NCBI GenBank assembly: GCA_000934665.2
Contig: KZ538010.1
Coordinates: 1-64,000 of the forward strand
Reading direction: 5' to 3'
Origin: Catajapyx aquilonaris
Lineage: Eukaryota
Length of the DNA stretch: 64,000 bases
In this document: positions 12,301 to 23,900 of the stretch, piece after piece
Position numbering within the stretch: position 1 is the stretch's first letter
Layout of the letters: every line of letters starts with the position of its first letter
Translations under genes and position numbers: made by a program
The notes under the pieces: model-generated
Database searches by the model: none
Seen by the model: only the letters and a program-made list of their open reading frames with translations
Told to the model about the DNA's origin: nothing

Positions 12301-14517
12301 TGGTGGAAGAGGGTGGGTGGAGGAGGTGCCAAGGTGACCAGGTCCGAATTGATGGCGTAACAGGTCACCGACTGGTCACGATTTAAAAGGTGGAACAGGA
12401 ATTTTGCTTGTCAAATTTGTGTGATTGCTTAGAGAGAGAATAGAGAGAAGGTTTCTATGAAAATGTGGGTCATGTTATGAGGGGGGCAACTATGGGTCAG
12501 AGCCGGGAATTTAAACATGTTTTGTTGCCAGCAGACAGAATACACTTCAGCTATGTATGTAACATCTCCATAAAGTATTGATGTAAAGTAGCGCTGGGAG
12601 AGCAATTAACGTTCACACTGTATCTAGCAGTATCTATGGTATTCATATTTTCAGGCAGGCAAGTGCTGCACAAGTTAGCTCGCAATCTTCCGCTAAGGCA
12701 ATGTATATTTTCTCATGTGAAATATCCAAACTTGCCTGAGTGGTTTTGGCTGTCCTTCCACTGTCATAATCTGTATGGGAGAGTAAGATTTAGATAGTCT
12801 GAAAGTCACAGGCCTATGCTGGAGTACCTATTTATTGCCTGTAAAATCACTGCGTATTCTTCACTTAGTAGTGGAAGATCATACCACCATGTCCAATCAT
12901 TTGGCCCGATGCAAGTCAAAACATTAGGAGTAAGAAATGTACGGGACCAACCAGTAATCTAGATGATGAGAGACTGTATTCCGCTGTATTCCCTTAGAGA
13001 AAATGTAAAAGGAATGTTTGCACTTGGAAAGTTTATTGGTCATTAACATTGGCATGAATTGTAGCTCAACATGCATGCAAATGTCATTCTTTACAAGTCA
13101 CACAGTCACAGTAGCAGAAATCTTGTATTGCATCGTAAAGGTGGTGAAATGGAAGGGTAGAAACACAGAATGGAAGGTCACTGTATCTTGAGGGGCAGCA
13201 TTTCACGTCAGCATCCCTTGTCGAGGTGTAATAATATTGCTAACACTTCAACGTAATGGCATGAAGTATAAAACTGATGTGAGATCACACAGGAAGAGGT
13301 GGTCCAGTCTTGGTAGGAAGTTGCGAAAATTCGAGAAGTTAAGTACATACCACTGCTCGTATAATAATGGTGACTAGATTTACTTTTGTTATGCAAAATA
13401 CATGCCTTTCCAATTTTATTTCCTCTCAAGTTTTGTGCAAAATGTTTTATTACTGTATGCAGACATCACATGGTGATAAAGCGTAACATTGTAGTTTCAC
13501 TTTTCTGTGCGATTCTCCAATTACCCAGCAGTTCTCGATATTGCTAAGTATAGCTTTTTTCCCCACTGGAGTACTGTTAGAAATTGTCTCTGAAACTGTC
13601 GTCATTGTTATATTTACTCAACTCAGATCCTGTCAGAGAAATCAGATGTGCGTTATGAGGATCTCAAAAGGCAACAGGAGCTGTGTTGATATTTTGTCTT
13701 AAATCTGAGAACTGCTGACCTAACAACAGCACAGAAATGTCTGAAGAGAACAGTGCCAACTTAGTTCTTTTTCCAAAGTTACGTATTTGACAGCAATTTG
13801 TACAAATGCCTTTCTTGTGGAAATACTCATGCAAATACCAGAGGGGACACAACCATTTAAAACAATTTGGGAGACATACAAAATATGTGCATCACTCTTC
13901 TGGCTTCCCTGCAAGCCACACTCTCACATAAAATTGACCTACTGAGGACTCATCAACAAACACTGAAATGCAACCAGTATTTTAATACTGGATTGGCCTG
14001 AGTCATGGTACTTTAAGAAATACAAAGAGTGCGACTCTCAAGAAGGTCAGAAACAAAAGTTACATTCATCTAAACTGCATTGCTTCAACGCACAGCAATT
14101 GATTGCATCAGTAGTCCACATCAGCTCTGATATGATGTGCATGCTAATGATAAAATGAATGAAAATCATCGTAACTACACAATCTCGTACTACAAACAGG
14201 CAAATCGTAATACAACAGATGACAGATAAATGAAGGTAATAGCAAGATGACACATTTCAACTCAAAAAATACTGAAAGTCAACAAATATCCACATATCCA
14301 CGAAATTATGTTTAAAGCCTTCACCCCCTTGGCAAACTCTCAAAAACAAACCACAGAATCTAAGTTAAACTTTAGATAGCAGCAACAAAACAAAACAAAA
14401 ATTGCACTAAAACCCATCTCTTGTTCTTTCTCTCACACACTTTTTTTTTTTTTTTTCGTTTTTCTCTTCTTTCCTCTTTCTGTCTCTGCTTTTTTCCTCA
14501 TTTTACCACAATCATTA

Positions 14518-15495
14518 TCACAATTTGCAGAGACAGAATAAGAGTGGTATGAATGCCCCAATGGCCACAAATACTGGGATCATGAATGAAGAGTCATCTG
14601 CTGCATAGGGGTCTGGGGTTTTGGGTCCGGACGGCCGCCTATTTTTGGATGGCTTCTTGTCTTCCACTTCTTCGTGAATCTCTTCTTCTTCTTCAATAGG
14701 GAGGGCAGGAAGCTGAGGCACATCTGCACAGGTTAAGAAAATTAGTCAAACTGAAGAGATTAAAATAAACCAAATAAAACATGACTGATCTAACCTTCCA
14801 AACTGCCTCGAACAACATAGATGGCATTAACCTTTGGGTTGTCCCTGTAACCCTGTAACAGAATGAGAAACTTTGGAATTACTTGACCACGTAATAATTA
14901 TGAGACAATACAGACCTTGATAAATTCAACCCTAATCTTTCCACCACGTATATCTGACTCCTCTCCATTGTACAAGAGCTTGTCTCCTTCCACTCGAAAA
15001 GCAATGTTCTCATCATGGGCTACTCCTTTTCCCACACGTCCATAGATGTCCATATCCGATACAATTGTGTGATCGCCATTCAACACTACATCAAACACCT
15101 GAAATTGTTGCATTGTTACACATCATCTTTTTTACATTCAGACAAATCCCAATGCGTAAAAACCCTTTCTTGCAGGTGATATTAAAATGCATGAGGGAAA
15201 AAGCAAAAGAAATTATCTCCGACCAATATAGGTTTTTTCAATGGGCGACACGGTGACGGAGTGGTTAGCGCCGCAGTCTTCCGCCTCTAAGGTCCCGAGT
15301 TCGATCCCCGGATCGGACAGAGGATACTTATGTGGATAGAGTTTCAATGGGTTCTCTCCGTGTTCGCATGGGTTTTCTCGGGGTTCTCCCGTTTCCTCCC
15401 ACTATCAAAATCCATCACAGCAAAGGCAATGATTAAAGTCGATTAATTACAAAGATAATCCCCTAAAAGCCCAAGGAGGCTTATCACAGGGTATC

Positions 15496-15550
<55 letters not shown>

Positions 15551-17316
15551 GGTTTTTTCATTACTCTGAACAAAGAAAACTACTTATATTGAGTAAGTTA
15601 TACTGTACTCTCCAAAAAATATTTCTAGTAGTGTAACACTCATAGAAATGAGAATTCCTTATGTCCACTCTGTTTTTCTCCATTATCTCAAGTACCAGAA
15701 TTCAAAGTGAAGATTTTCTTCTTTTTTTTAAGGCTACCTATATATGTGATGTCAATGTCCTCTTAGCTGCCACCTAAATATTATAATCCAGCCTGCAGAA
15801 TTAATCAAGAATCTCCTAATCATCAACTAATTTCTTATGCACCCACACTTTGCACCTTGAAGGAAATTACCTGGAAGAAGTTATGAACTGCACATCCCAT
15901 TAATTAGGAATCCAAGGATTTGTGTCTAAAGATAACTGCAATGAGTACCCTACAACATAAATATTGCCAGTCTGACTTTCACTGACTTAAGAAAACACAG
16001 CAAATAATATCTAACCACATATTGTGCGTTTTCAAATGCTCAGCTGCATTTTTCAAACATGAAGAATTATTTCACAGAAGTTAGTTTTATCCATGTTTGC
16101 AAGTCACTGCTTTATCTACCAGTACTACCTGACGCATAAAATGCACACAAAAAAAGGCTTCACAAATCCCTCCCATTCCTGAATACTGTTCATGAAGAGA
16201 ACCTGCCTAGCAAAATCCATATGACTTCTGCAAATGTAATCAGGTAAAAGAGAGTATGTCTTTGGTAGTGCATGTGCCATAATTTTATATCATCTGCAAC
16301 CATGTTAGCCACCTGTCTTATATGATCTACTGTGACACTATTCAAACAACAGGTGGGATTTGCATGACAGCACAGCTGTGGGGAATCCTGCAGGTGTTAC
16401 TGCAATTCACCTGTTGTTAGCACCCTGCTAACTTGTAAGCAGCTCTGGAATATATTTTACATCAAGTTTAGTAAGGTTCACTTCTTGCCCTTGCAAATAT
16501 ATCGATGTACAACTACTGTAATAAACCTTCAATAGCCAATAGTTGCTTATGCATAATGTAAGCTGTCCGCCTGATTATTCAACCAGGCGTTTAAAAAAGC
16601 AATTGTTAAAATCCAATAGTTACTGTACATTCCAGACATTCTCCATTAAACATTTAGGCAATATTGTGGCATTACATACAAGGCTGGCTTTTAATTTTAA
16701 GCATCTACTAGGTGTTTTTAGTGACTTGAGCTGTGACCTGAAGCACTTTAAGGGTGCCATAAGAACTGTTATATGACTAAATTAACCTTTTCCAGACGTT
16801 TCGACACAGCCTGCAGGCCCCCTCATTCAGTACCGGCAAAACCCTTCATAACGCACACACATCACCTGGTTCCAAGTGTAAGAATGCATGAGATCCTGCA
16901 AGGATCCAAACCTTCATGTTGGGAGCGTTGAAGTAGACCTCGCAGAACTTGAGCACCATGACGTAGTCCCCGTCCCCTTTGACAGGTATGTCGTAGCCAA
17001 AGGTGGAGTGGTGGTACCTCTCCGTCTGGTACAGGATCTGGTCTTGCGGAGGCACCCTCCCGATGAGCAGCTGCTGTCCGTAGGATGAGGCGGTCCCGAC
17101 CTGTAGGGGGTCCTGCTCGTACCGGATGCCGAGAACGTCGGTGTGCGCGTCTCCCCCTGCGTTGATGGCGTAGATGACCTCACCGACGGCCGACCTCCCT
17201 GCCAGACAGGTCCCGCAGCAGAGCAGGGCCAGGAGGATGGAGAGATGCGAAGGGACGGGTAGGAGAGAGCGAGCCGGGCGAGGAGGCGCACGTTGAAGCC
17301 CAAAGAGGGCCGCCAT
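14518..17316 (-). CDS. MLEC: Malectin (283 aa, 4 exons)
   Basis: Exons 17316-16912, 15098-14916, 14852-14795, 14723-14518; signal peptide, [42 protein letters not shown]-terminal TM ending PLLFCLCKL. Confidence 0.96.
15241..15546 (+). mobile_element. Full-length tRNA-derived SINE with V-domain-like core and (TTA)n tail
   Basis: A box TGACGGAGTGG, B box GTTCGATCC (15299-15307), core GTTCGCATGGGTTTTCTCGGGTTCTCCCGTTTCCTCCCAC, (TTA)n tail, 14-bp TSD TATAGGTTTTTTCA at 15227-15240 and 15547-15560. Confidence 0.9.
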
Positions 17317-17669
17317 GTTGCATCGCTGGCTGCTGGATTGCTTGCTGGCTGCGGCTGGCTGGCTGGAGAAGCCAGGCAAGCGGCAAGGCAGGCTGGCAGG
17401 GGGAGGGACCTCCCTCCGCCCCGCCGACCGTGGACCGGGGGAGGGGGGGGGGGATGATGGGAACAGGGAACGGGCATTCGGGTGGCCGACTGACTGGCCG
17501 GTTCGGGATTTACAATGTGTGTTCGTGTATACTAACGCGCACTGATACTTGCGTGCGCGAATGGGGCTGGCGGCATCGTGTTATTGCTCTGTCTCCGTGG
17601 CATCGGAACGGGTGGACCTACACTGATCGTGTTGCATCGGCACGTTGTTGCGACTGATCAGCAGACGAG

Positions 17670-19343
17670 ATGCCCGAAGATGGTACGGCGGATAATAAGC
17701 AGCAGGATAAGGAAGGAGAAGCCACTCTGTTCGACTACTCCTGGGTGGTGAGCATTACTGGGTTGCCAAGGGTGCGCCGTACTGTGTTGTATAATCTGCA
17801 GGTCCGGCCGTGTGAGGTCTACAAGGAGGAGTACAGTGACTGCACCAGTATTGGAGCTCGATTCCACCAGTACTTTGTACATGGGACGACGACTGACTGC
17901 GCACAGTGGAAGGTAGATTACAACGACTGCATGGCCTGGAGGAACAAAAAGGACAACGCTGCACTTGTAAGACAATGTATTCACTGCATGCGTACGTGTC
18001 GCTGTACAGGATGGTGTGGCACTGGCAGTGACGATGTGGTTGAACCTTTCATGTGGGTCATCAAATCAAAATTCATGTGCCATTTTCATTGGTCAAAAAA
18101 ATTGCTGGTTGGTTGGCGTTGAGGGAGCCAAAGACTACCTGGTGTAGGGGAGGGTGAGAGGGGAAGATATGTTTTTGGGCAAAGATACTTTCCTCTTGAA
18201 CATTCAAATGTTACCTAATGCAGGTTTAGACACAGGAGACCACTATTAGGCGCATTCACACCTTTGGCCAAGAAGTTTCCTGGTCAAAGGTTGCCAAGAG
18301 CTTTCACACGCTAGTGGCCAGGTTCGGCCAGGAAGGGAAGGTCGCCACCTGAGCCAGGAAAAGCTGGCCGAGCTGGCCATGCTCCGGAAGATGGCCAGCC
18401 ATGGCCAGCGATGGTTGCCAGGAGGAACGCATGCTCAGTAGCGGCCCTCCCAAGCGCTTCGCGATGCTCACTTGTCCCCCAACAACGTCACTCGTGTGAA
18501 CTGTTACTTTCGATTCCTGGCCAGCCGCTGGCCACGTTTTCGTATTGGCCAGGAATTCCTGGCCAAGGGTAGCTCGTGAGAATGAGCCTATTGTCAATGT
18601 GTGAGGATGGAAATTGTAGTATATTTGTAGCATACTAGTGCTATACGAGTAAATTACAGCGATACTTACCCACTGCTGTAAAAGCAACTTTGAACTTATA
18701 AGTTAGAAGGAAGCTAAGATGGGGGACCAAACAGTTACTATCGTCAACGTCAAGGGAACTTCCCCAATTGGATTGAAGCAACTGCAATAATAATTGGATG
18801 ACCTGTGATAGGGCATTGGATCTTGAAACTTTGTTCAACTCGATTCAATTACTGAAAGCATGATGGATTTCAATAGTGCTGGAAGCCCCACTGTGAATGT
18901 GGGCAAATCTACTGAAACTCTTTCTGTGTGAGAAAATATTTTGTCTGACTTGGGGATCAAACTTGGGCCATCAGAGGTGGAAGGCTCTAGCTTAACACAA
19001 CCACGATGCCTTCACTGTCAAGAGAAAGCATGCATCTCACCCACTCCATCACTGTTTCTCTTATATTTTGCCACGCTGCATGTCTGTTAATAGTTTGCAT
19101 AAAATTTCACAGGAAAAGGTAATACGTAGTGAGGTAGTCCGTCGCTCTGAGCGCCTGAAGCCGCACGTGACAAATGATGTATGGGAGAATCGAGAATCAC
19201 CGCCAGCTGACTGGAACAAACCTCTGCCAGAATGGTTACAGAAATCTAATGAAGGTACATATCTGCACTTTAAAGCCAAAGAAATGAAAGAGAAGAAAGA
19301 ACATACGCCATCTGAAAGCAACTCACCATGTGTACTTATGTAG
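17670..19343 (+). CDS. C22orf39: UPF0545/C22orf39 homolog (157 aa, 3 exons)
   Basis: Exons 17670-17747, 17802-17966, 19113-19343; RPCEVYKEEYSDCTSIGARFHQYFVHG..DCAQWKVDY..C..W and VWENRESPPADWNKPLP match the DUF3128 pattern. Confidence 0.9.
18248..18589. mobile_element. MITE, PIF/Harbinger-like
   Basis: TIR AGGCGCATTCACAC vs AGGCTCATTCTCAC; ATT duplicated on both sides; many internal TGGCCA(GG) motifs. Confidence 0.7.
18786..19010 (-). mobile_element. Degenerate copy of the 15241 SINE family
   Basis: Minus strand CTTCCACCTCTGATGGCCCAAGTTTGATCCCCAAGTCAGACA matches the head; CCTATCACAGGTCATCCAATTATTATT matches the tail. Confidence 0.65.
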
Positions 19344-20224
19344 CATGAATTTTTTTGAAGGTCAGTGATAGCAGATGAGCTTGTACATTGTTTGAATACA
19401 CTTTCTTGTTATGTATTACAGAGTGTGTCTCATTTATCTTACACTCCTGTCCCTGCATGTTTACCTGAGTATTACCCTACAAATAGTGGGCTGCCAGTAT
19501 AAAATGATGTTGAACAGACAGTTGTGATTCCCCAGGAGAGCCGGCTTGATGCTGTAAAGTGGAGTAATCTTCTAAATTTCCTTCTTCCTTTAAAACCAAT
19601 TTATATTTTCATTTAAACAGTTACTAATGTTTGGTTGAAGGTTTGGTTTATTGGAATTGAGCCAAAGCAACTAAGGATATCTGCCAAAGATGAAGGGAAG
19701 AGACATTTTTGGACAGTGGGAAATGAAAGAGCCTCGACGAAATCCATGTAAACTCATAGATAACCTTGAGATATACACAATGAGAAAATTCTCCTGACCC
19801 AGGGATCGAAGGTGGGACCTCAAGCAAGGACATCTGTGGCTTTTGCCATAACACCTCTGCTTTGTCATGCTATTGAACATCGACCAACGTTTTGTGTGGA
19901 GCTTAACGAATCGGGCATGAGAAGTGAAGCATAAATTATGTGAACTTATTCTCATTAGTCATCATTAAGCCTTGCTCCGAGAGTGGGCGGAAATGTGTTT
20001 TGCCACAAAAGTTTTGAAAGGATTTACAGTAGCAGATGCTGGGACCAAGCAAGGAAATGGACCTGTCTGGTCTCCACCTCCACACCCCTTTGTAGACAGT
20101 TGGTCCTTGTTGCACCCCCTATACCAGGGGTGATTGACTAAGTTCATACTGTAGTTAGACTAAGCCCAGAGGTGCACCTTGCTCGCACCCAGGTTAAGAG
20201 GGTTAAGGTGTCAGACAGACTGGC

Positions 20225-20351
20225 GTATTTGGACAAGCATAATAAAATAATTACAATGAGCAAGCTCTTTCAATGAGATATGTCTGTGACAGACATATCT
20301 CATTGCAAGAGCTTGCTCATTGTAATTATTTTATTATGCTTGTCCAAATAC
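20225..20351. repeat. 127-bp near-perfect palindrome
   Basis: 63-bp arms 20225-20287 and 20289-20351, one mismatch, 1-nt spacer. Confidence 0.95.
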
Positions 20352-20914
20352 ACGGCTATAACTGTCCCATCAACATTGCTGAAAGACATTTCCTGCAACA
20401 TCAACAGGTGAGGACGACTGTGGGCCCTTTGAGAAAACCATCCTCTTGTGCATAGGTGTTACAGAGGCCCACCCATGGTTGTAACACCATCCCAGAGCGA
20501 CCCACCCAATGGCATTAGAAAGTGTGTATCATTGCACCCTGCTGCGGAGCATATGACCCCCCGACCCCGTGACTCCATGGCACAAAAAGGCCAACCCTCC
20601 CACGCTGCGCCCCACGTGAGTCAACCCACCCCCGTCTGTCCGTCACCCCAATCCCTCCAACTCCTCCATTCATAGTGTGCGCGCCACAAGTGCTGTGGGA
20701 GTGGCAACCCTGGGAGGGGAGGCGCGGTGAGTTAGCGGTGAGGGAGGCGAGTGGGTGGTGGGGGCGGTGAGCGTAGAGAATGTGCAGGTGAACTCCGCCA
20801 GGGGCAGTGAGTCGTAGAGAGTCGGTGCGACGAGTTGCTGTACATTCAGTTGTGTCAAGCGTCCAGAGACGACGGACGGCGACGCTGTGTGGTTGTAGTG
20901 AGACGAGAGATGAG

Positions 20915-23900
20915 ATGGCGTCGACGGAGCAGGACTTGCTGCTGTCCAGGCACCGCCGCTTCGTGGAATCATTCGCCCAGGGGCTGAACAGGGAGGATCC
21001 GCTCCCAGTCACAGTCTCATGCTACCATATCCAGCCATCAGAGTTGGACGGGGCTGTCGTCGACTGGACCCTGCAATACCTCGTACTCAAGTCAGTACTT
21101 GTCTCTTTTCATCTTAAAAGATGGGGGATGATGACTTGCATTGTAGGGGGGTGCACGATGCGGCAGGGGCATTCAGAGGCACGTGACCTTCACCAGGAGG
21201 AGGCTGCAGGGTCCCTCTTCTTGCCCTCATTTGTGCCAGAATTAGTGGCAAGGAGGGGTGGGAAATAAAGAGGGATCACGCGGCTTGGTTATCTGACACA
21301 CCAGGTTTTATCAAAGGGGGAGTCCATGCATTGTTTGGAGCACGTGGGCTTCACTTGAGATGGTGGGTTATACCTGCAGGTGTAGGGCATTCCAGGCATT
21401 CCTATCTGCCCTGGAATGTCTACGTTGCTGTGCCAGTCTGGCCATACCTAAGCAAATTAATTTCATGGCACAGTAATGACTCAAGGGAGCTCGTGAAATA
21501 GCAACAGTGTGGCTCTTGACAATAATAAATGATGCAGCAGGAACATTGTTATTTCATGGCGTGAATTTTGAATGAAGTTGTGAAGGCTTGCGGCGCTGCT
21601 ATTTTATAGCCTTCCTGTACTGTGAGAAAAAGGCGGGAGCATGTAATATACGTACTGTACAGTATAGTTGGGAGCGTTGGGAACATGTAGTTATACAACG
21701 AGACTAGTTACAACAGACATGAAGAAGCAGTTTTTGTGCGTGAAATTTCACAAAGATTACATAATTTTATTTGCAGGTAACTAGACTGCAGTCATTAATG
21801 CACCTTGGCTTGATATTGGTAGCTCCTTGTTGACATTGGGGGCATTTACACACTATTGGTTTTACTGTGTTGGTGGATGCCTTTGCAGGTAAACACGACC
21901 CTACATTCCTCCACTACCTTGTGGGAAGAGAAGTATTTACTGAAGGTAACCGGTGGAATCAATAGCACCTTGATTAATTATTCCAATGGCATCAAAGCTG
22001 GAAATAAAGCGCATACCGGCATAAATTCGAGTTCATTTCCTCGGAAATTAACATAGAAAATGAGCTTAGCGAGAATGTGCTGCCTTGCCGTTGGCTGTTT
22101 ATGGCGGAAGTTGTTGATTAGATTATCATCCCCCCCCATGCCTCCCTCCTTCCAAAACCCCCCCACCCTACCTCTTCTGAACTTGGAAGAGGAAAAGGGC
22201 TGCGGTTGCATCCTTTCTGATCCTTCAAAATATTACCGAAAGGAGCAAAGTGCCGCAGTGCAGCACCTTGTACGTTCAAAGTATTATAATTCAGATGCGA
22301 TCTTGTTGTGGCGCTTGCGTGTGCACCGTCTGCCCGTAATTTTTTTAGTGCCGATGATAAATAGGGCGTTTTATGTCCAGAGAGAGAATATTAATCTTTC
22401 AACTCTTGCCATTTGGCCATGTGACGTCAGGGGTCAGATGAAGGGGTCGTTTACATATGGGGTGACGTCAGGGGCTACCAGTACAGGGAAATCCATAGGG
22501 GTTTCTGTGGTGTACTGGTTGTCAATACATTAATTTCAAAATACATATTGTTATTGGCCAGCATGTTTCAGGACGATTTATTCGGCATGACATTGAGAGT
22601 GGATCAGACACGCATGAGACCAATTTCAAGTCGACTTTGACCTCGGAGGGATCTGGTAATACGGTGTCGGCCTTCCTCCACGCGACAGGTGCGCTATTTT
22701 TGTCCTGGATGCGGGAGCGTGCGAGAGGTCAGCGCCCTGTGCACAAGGAGCCCCGCTAATTCGGGATCCAGCCAGGACATGTAATGCCATTACGCCTATT
22801 TTTTATTTGGAGCACGTGATACAAAATGGAATTTCAGTGTACCACTTTAGAAGTCAATGGAACACCCGGTTGTCCCAAGATTTATCGGGTGACAATGTAC
22901 AATGACCTGTTGGTCTTATGCAAGCGGTGCGGTGACGAGATGAGCCGCCTTTGTCGGTCTGCCTTCAGGCCATAGCGATACACACTTGCACCGTTTGTTT
23001 GTCTTCAGGAGACGACAGCCTTATCTAAGCACCAGAGACAATATTGGCACCTGCTGAAATTAGCCAAGAAATAGTTAGCATGGTGAATGACTCACGTCAC
23101 ACTTTATGGTATTCTGCACTGGTGATTCAGGTAAAGACGTGTTTCGAGAATCGGTGTGGATTTTTGGACGTCAATAAACAACCCCCGGGTGAGGTACCTG
23201 GGAAATTGCGATGCAGTGAGAGTTATTATTACGGGGTAGGGTTGGCCGGGCACAAGCCACGAGCCATCCGTGCTTGGATAAATAGACATTAGTAGGGAGA
23301 CGCACATACAATTTTGGGGTGATGCTTGAGAGCACCTGACATTTGCCCTCGGTTGCACACGGGCGTTTTTCATGCACGGTGTATGTGCCGCCATCGAGTA
23401 AATATTATGTGAGGACATCCATTGCAAACACGCATTTGGGGGCCTATTGGTCATCGAATGGTATGGGAAGTATAAATGGACGACGGTACCACGCCCATCC
23501 TTTTTCCGGGCAAATGTGACTCACTTCCATGACAGCATTTTGTGAATGGAGTAGATTCATCAAGTGTTCCGGTATTGCTTTCCTATACTAAGCCAGCTCC
23601 TTAACGATAAGGGAAATTGCTGGTTGACAAAAATGACGCAATGTGAAGTTTGGCAGGTCATGGTTAAAAAGGCATGATGTCATTCTTGAATGAACCAGCT
23701 CCAACTTTCGCCCACGTTGTGCAGTACCTGACATGGCATTTGGTGTGGCTGAGTGATCGATATGGGTCGAAATGAATCATTTTGTGAATGAATGGGCTCT
23801 CTCGCCTGACATGTATGCATGTGATTGATATAGGCCGAAATGACGTCAGACTGCTTTCACATGTTATCACATTTGCTCACCTAGAGAAAAGGGAAGTACG

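Noticed and set aside
15244..15315. tRNA gene-like A/B boxes (also 31755-31825)
   Set aside because: No convincing cloverleaf; they are SINE heads with body, tail and TSD.
21765..21950. TTTGCAG-GTAA junctions resembling recursive splice sites or a poison exon
   Set aside because: Intron is only 4 kb and donors are imperfect; cannot be told from chance without reads.
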